DNA of 62,390 nucleotides, the filler included, from Vannella sp. (lineage: Eukaryota), in the NCBI GenBank assembly GCA_023345925.1. It is 7 parts of 7 records of this genome, joined end to end, with 100 filler letters (N's around TTAATTAATTAA, not from the genome) between each part and the next. Parts side by side here need not be neighbours in the genome. Positions count along the whole stretch, not along the records: positions 51,386 to 62,390 come from JAJQQN010000300.1; 6 more parts are not named here. One strand, written 5' to 3'. Position 1 is the stretch's first letter. Every line of letters begins with the position of its first letter. Below the pieces are notes generated by a model. The model did not search any database and was not told where the DNA came from. It worked only from the letters and a program-made list of their open reading frames with translations. Below are positions 56,880 to 62,390 of this stretch, in pieces. The position numbers and the translations under genes are program-made.

Positions 56880-59072
56880 ATGAGCCAGTTTGTGAACGAT
56901 GGGAGCTTCCTTCAGCAGTTCCTTGCCAATAAGGTGAGAAAGTGAAGAGAGAGGGTGGGGGAGTGGTGGAGGTGTTGATGGGAATGAAAGGGCGTGGCGG
57001 CAGAGTCGGTGATGGCGCCAGATGCGGCGTATGTCGATCCGCAGGCTTATGCAGCGATGGGATATGATTACGACACGTCTCAGATGCAAGGAGCTTACCA
57101 GCAAGGCTATGGTGGCGCTATGGGCTATGCACAAATGGGATACGGTTACGCCCCTGCTCCGTACGCTCCTTCTGGTGGCAGCAACTTCCCTCGTGAGTCA
57201 CCTGTCTGCTGAACACTTCTTTCATACTTGAACTAAGCTCCTTTCAAGCTACGCAGTTGAACATCGTTCGGGGAGCGAGTTCTGAGCCTCCATCAGATTG
57301 CTTGTGGCTCGGTAATGTTCCTGAGAGTGCGACGGAGGCGGATATCCGACGCGAGTTTGCTCGCTTTGGTATGATTGAACGGATCAAGGTGAGTGTCGGA
57401 GTAGCAGCTGCATTCCTCTTTCTAATGCGAGAGGGTTTGCAGTTACTCCAGCACAAGAGCTGCTGTTTCGTCAACTTTAGTGAGCTAGACTGCGCTGTTC
57501 AGGCTCACAACGCCATGCAGGGTCTTCAGATTCACGGACAAACCATTCGTGTGGGATTTGGAAAGGTGCGAAGGGCTGAGAGCTTCGCAGGAGTGAGCTT
57601 ACACTTCAGCAGGCTGATCAAACTCGTCGAGACCGACGAGACGATGGAAACGACGCTGCTCCATGCTCTAATCTGTGGATCGGCAACCTTTCAGACCGCG
57701 TGACCGACGCTGATTTGGACTTTGAGTTTGCTCGTCAGTTCCCTTCGTGTCTTGTGGCTCTCATACTCACACACAAGTAGCCTTTGGTCGCCTTGAACGT
57801 GTGAAGGTTCTGTCACACAAGAACTGTGGCTTTGTTACGTTTGTGGACCTAAACGACGCCATGAAGGCGCGAAACATGCTCAACGGCAAGATGATCCACG
57901 ATCGCCCTATCCGCATCAACTACAGTCGTGATGAGCATCGTGAACGCACACGGGGACATGACCGCGACCACCATGACGACGGACCGCGAGGACAGTCGGG
58001 TGGCGCTCGCAACAATGGAGCTCCTCCCTTTGGCTATCCTCCTTCCGATGAGGTGCTGAAGAAGCAGATCGTACAAGTCTCAGAGATGGTGGTGCGACGT
58101 GACTTGGACCCAGAGAAGTTCGTAGCGTTCGTAGCGTTGAAGGATTTGGGCGAGAAAGAGAGCAAGTCACTCTCCTTCCTTCTGGGAGGTGAAGGAGCAG
58201 AGTTCTTCCGATGGAGGACGCATTGCGCATTCAACAATCTGCCTGGTAGGTGACTTTGGGGGCGCTGTGACTCTACTGACGAACCGTCAGACAATCAATA
58301 CCTTCCCAGGAACGACCCTCGCGCTCGTAAGGCGCACTACAACGCTATTCTAACTGGAGAAGATCGAAAGGAGCTCTCTGAGATGCTGCAGGGACTAACA
58401 GGCACCAAAGAATCCATCAAGACGGCCACCAACTGGATCAGCCAACACTGCTACTACGCCTCAGACGTGGTTGCCACCATTGACAGCGAGATTAACAGCA
58501 GCGTTCCCTACGAGAAGAAGCTCTTCATCTTCTACGTCGTTAACGATGTTCTGGGCCACTGGTAAGTGACTTGCTCCTATTGACTTTTAAGAGACTTATC
58601 TGGCTTGCTCAGCTCTCGCTTCCGAGGGGACACTTATGTATTGGACCCTATCTGCCAAGCTTTTACATTGAAGATGGCTTCTATCCTCCGTGCTGTGTAC
58701 ACAGAGGAGCCTGACCAGCAGGCTCGGGCTGTCCAGGTGCTCCAAATGTGGGGTAGCAAGGACTATTACGAGAGCTCAACCATCGAACGTTGGAATGAGC
58801 TTATGAAGGGCACTGATCCACTCCCTGAGGAGGTACCAGAGGAGGAAGAGGAGATTCCCCCTTGGCTTTTGGACGATATGGGCGGCGGTGGCGGCGGTGG
58901 TGGGTTCTCACCTCCTCCCAGTCATTCAGTAAGTCAACCATCACCTTTATTGCTCCTAACAATCACACAGGGACAGCCTTGGGCTCCTCCCGGCACCGAA
59001 TCGGCACAAGCGGGGATGAACGACTTTTATTCGAGTGTGGGAGACCAAGAGAGCAAAAGGCCACGATACTAG
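56880..59072 (+). CDS. RNA-processing protein: NDGSF motif, two RRMs, SURP-like and CID domains, multi-exon
   Basis: Exon 1 MSQFVNDGSFLQQFLANK (intron 56934-56990); LWLGNV...CCFVNF; LWIGNL...CGFVTF; LSFLL...FFRWR; LTGTKESIKTATNWI...KLFIFYVVNDVL. Confidence 0.87.
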
Positions 59073-59152
59073 CCCTTCATAAACACTCCACTTGCTCCCC
59101 ATGCCGCGAGGTGGAAGGAGGAAGTCAAAGCGGGCCATTCTCTCTCTTCCAC

Positions 59153-60663
59153 ATGCCCGCGCCTTACGCTCCCGCTTCCTTTGTGGTACGCTGGCCAAGG
59201 GGAGCTTCAGTGGTCTGATACAAGAGGTTAGGCACCAAGTGAGGGACAGTGGGGCAGTGAGAAGGCGGACTGGTTCCCGGACGACTTGTCGCCGCACTGT
59301 TTCGGTTGTCGGGTGGTGTTTGCGACGTTCAAACGGCGCGTACGTGCTCTCATTGATGAGAGGGTCGAGGCTTTACTGAGCTGGTGATGTAGCATCACTG
59401 CCGCTTGTGTGGAGGAGTGTTTTGCTCGACTTGCTTGTCCCACAAGGTTGTCCTGCCCCCTCTGTATGATACACCGCAGCGAGCGTGTCGTTGGTGTGAC
59501 CAAAGAACATCCAGGACTACTGCAAGACATTCAACAGTGAGCATGCTCCCTCTCCTGCTGCCCATTCCCTTCTAAAAGCAGGGGAAGATCACTTTAGCCT
59601 CTGGTCGCCGAACCACGCATTCGAAGGACCCTCTAAGTGTACCTTGTTCTTTCTATCAAGTCTGTGAGACAGAAGGAAGTCGTATCTTGTCCTTCCTATC
59701 ATGGCAGGAGCTGCTCTCGGTCGGGGTGGTTTCTCGCCAGTTCCTGAACCTATCCCGCTCCAATGATCTCTGGAGGGCACTCTATTGTGAGACTTGGAAG
59801 TGCAGTAGCGGTCCAACAGAGATGAGAGTGCAGTGGATCGAGATCTTCAAGGAAAAGTATCTTTCTCAATTGCCTTCCCGCCGGCTCTCTGTTGTGAAGC
59901 GCTCCCAGATCCCAAGCGTTACCAAAGGCTCTCCGTATTACCGAACTAGTGTAGATACTTCTTCTTCTACCAACACTGATGAAGGAAGGCGCCAATCCTA
60001 CTCGCTGAAGGAGGAGGCGGAGCCCAGTTCTGACATTCGTGGCACCATTGTCATGCTAGGGGCCGAGGGGAGCGGAAAATCAAGTCTCCTACATTATATC
60101 GTTACAGGAACTCCCCTTAAGGGTGATTCAGAGCCTTCCCGAAGTGCTTCTTTCAAGTATCGGAATTTCCTTGTCGATGGGGATTATCAAAAGATGAAGA
60201 TTTGGGATACAGCGGGCTCACCTCAATACCATATGATGGCTTCACTATATTATACTCAATCTGATGTAGTTCTGCTGGTCTACAGTGTCACTTCGCTTGA
60301 TTCTTTCCGACAAGCACAGAAATGGTATTCTGAGATCAGAGAGAAATGCCTTCCCCATATTCAATTCGCTCTCGTCGGTTGCAAAGCAGACCTGGAACCA
60401 GAAAGAGAAGTCTTAAAGGAGGATCTGGACAGCTTTGCCATTGAAAATGGTGCGAATTCACTCTCACTTGTGAATTCAGACTAACTCACTCTTTCGTAGG
60501 CATTCTAGTTTCCGTAGAAGTTAGCAGTCATAGCGGAAAGAACGTTCTGAAACTGTTTGGAGGAATTTGCCGCTATTCCTTTCCCAACCGTTCCATTTCA
60601 ACGAATCCATCAAAACGTTCCCGAGTCAGCCGCTCGGCCCGAAAGAAGCGATACAGCGAGTAA
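59153..60663 (+). CDS. FYVE, F-box and Rab-like GTPase fusion, 5 exons
   Basis: Introns 59186-59231, 59340-59392, 59537-59581 and 60450-60499 give WFPDD..HCFGC..FKRRHHCRLCGGVFCSTC, ILSFLSWQELLSVGVVSRQF..LW, GAEGSGKS, WDTAGS, GCKAD. Confidence 0.88.
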
Positions 60664-60743
60664 TGTAATGAGGTTCAATCAAGTTAGTTCAGCCGTAGCC
60701 GGGATATCTTGGTCAAGAGGGTTGGCTAAAGCTTGGCACTGAG

Positions 60744-62148
60744 TCAACGCATCGTCACAAACTCTTCCGAACTGGTGGGATGGATTGCCACGCAGTTGTC
60801 AAAGTCGTCTTTGGTGGCTCCCATCTTGATGGCCACACCAAAGCCTTGGACCATCTCGTCACAGCCAAGACCGAGGCAATGAAGTCCGACAACGCGCTCG
60901 TTCTCGGTCGTGACGCACACTAACTTCATGAATGTCTGCGGCTTGCGTTCTGTCATGGAGTGGTACATGGGGGTGAACTTGGCCTTGTACACTTTGATGT
61001 TATCTGACCCATACTTGTCCCTGGCTTCCTGCTCGGTCAGTCCGATGGTACCAAGAGGGGGATGGGAGAACACCACAGTAGGAATGTTGTCATAGTCCAA
61101 GTGCGCGTTCTTCTGACCCTTAAAGAGTCTTGCAGCTAGCTTGCGCCCGGCAGCAATCGCCACAGGAGTTAGCAGAGCCTTACCACACACATCTCCGAGG
61201 GCGTAGGTTCCCTCTTGGCTGGTGTTCTGGAACTTGTCCACTTCAATGAAGCCATCAGAGTTCAGACGGACCTGAGCAGCGTCCAAGTTGATGTGAACGA
61301 GCGGGTCACGGCCAATAGCGAACACCACGCAGTCAGTAGGGATCTCCTGACCCTCTTGAGTGATGAATAGAAGAGATCCATCATCCATCTTCTTAATCTC
61401 CTTCACGTTAGACTTCTTGACGACGTTAACGCCGCTCTGCTCCGTCTCGGTCATCAAAAGGTCTTGAAGATCGTTATCAAAGGTGCGGAGGAAGCTCTCG
61501 TTGCGGATAACCAAGGAAGTCTTTGATCCTAAAGCGTTGAAGATGCCTGCAAGCTCCACTGCGATGTATCCGGCTCCCACCACAACTGCGCGAGCGGGAA
61601 GGTCCTCCAACTCGAAGAACCCGTCACTGTTGATAGCGTACTCAATACCAGGGATAGATGGCATACTAGGAGCACCTCCTACAGCGATCAGAACGTGCTT
61701 ACCAACCAAGACGTCGTCGTTCACTCCCACTTTGTTGACTCCAACGAACTTGGCGAAGCCACGGAAGAGAGTAACGCCTGAGTTGTCCAAGTTGCGGTCG
61801 TAGATGCCGTTGAGACGTTGAATATACGCGTCCCGCTTCGCTTTGATGACTTTCCAGTCGAAAGAGTGCGATCCGAAGGTGAACCCGTAGTCCTTGGCAT
61901 CCTCTAGGTACTCTGCCAAGCTAGCTGCATTCCACATGACCTTCTTAGGTACACAGCCAACGTTCACACAGGTTCCACCCAAAGCTCCACGCTCAATGAT
62001 CGCCACCTTTGCCCCGTACTCAGCAGCTCTTCGGGCACTGGCAATACCACCTTCCTCCACATTAGCAACCTCCTTCCACCCAACCTCCTTCCCACTCACC
62101 ACTTCCCCCTCCAATCACCACCAAGTCGAAATGTTGCTCCGCGGACAT
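60744..62148 (-). CDS. GSR: Glutathione reductase, 2 exons
   Basis: Intron 62051-62099 restores [49 protein letters not shown]. Confidence 0.97.
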
Positions 62149-62390
62149 GTTGAACCGTGAAAGAATGATTTTTTGTGTTCTCGATTCGCTTGGTATTAGA
62201 TAGTCGAAGTTTGATTTGGGAACAGGGATGGTAGCGGCTAGTTTTTAAAAGCCGCTGAGGATTTCGGGTGTCTTCGGGATGGCTATTGCTTCTTCTGGCA
62301 GAACCATAACCACAGCTGATAGATAAGGATCAAAGAACAATACTACTGAAGGATTTTAGGGATGGTTATTGCTTAGCCACACGAAGATAC

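Noticed and set aside
1..62390. tRNA, rRNA, transposase, reverse transcriptase or viral hallmark genes
   Set aside because: None recognised by eye; tRNAscan-SE, Infernal and HMM searches would be needed to exclude them.

Overview
This is not one locus. It is seven unrelated fragments (1-6051, 6152-14361, 14462-20755, 20856-29352, 29453-40002, 40103-51285, 51386-62390) joined by artificial 100-nt linkers (N44-TTAATTAATTAA-N44). The DNA is from a very gene-dense eukaryote that uses the standard code and has tiny GT-AG introns (about 43-67 nt). Gene content (class C GPCR, several RhoGAP/RhoGEF, BTB, FYVE and RUN proteins) suggests an amoeboid protist, possibly Amoebozoa; this is inference. About 30 genes were reconstructed by hand, including housekeeping genes (BolA, Tim9, DEAD-box helicase, Oma1, Mrt4, Atg6, P5C reductase, Coa5, glutathione reductase). 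The most unusual items are: (i) two paralogous mucin-stalk surface proteins, one with an intact GAIN/GPS autoproteolysis site followed by a single TM helix instead of a 7TM, the other with class-I-GATase-like head modules and KR-D sites; (ii) an intronless RPH/PigC-type PEP-utilising enzyme with a signal sequence, next to a bacterial-looking zinc-ribbon ORF; (iii) FYVE-F-box-Rab-like and RA-BTB-BTB fusions linking small GTPases to cullin ligases; (iv) a class C GPCR with an LDL-A module; (v) a dispersed repeat on three fragments, once abutting a strong hairpin. All calls come from motif recognition by eye; no database search was run.
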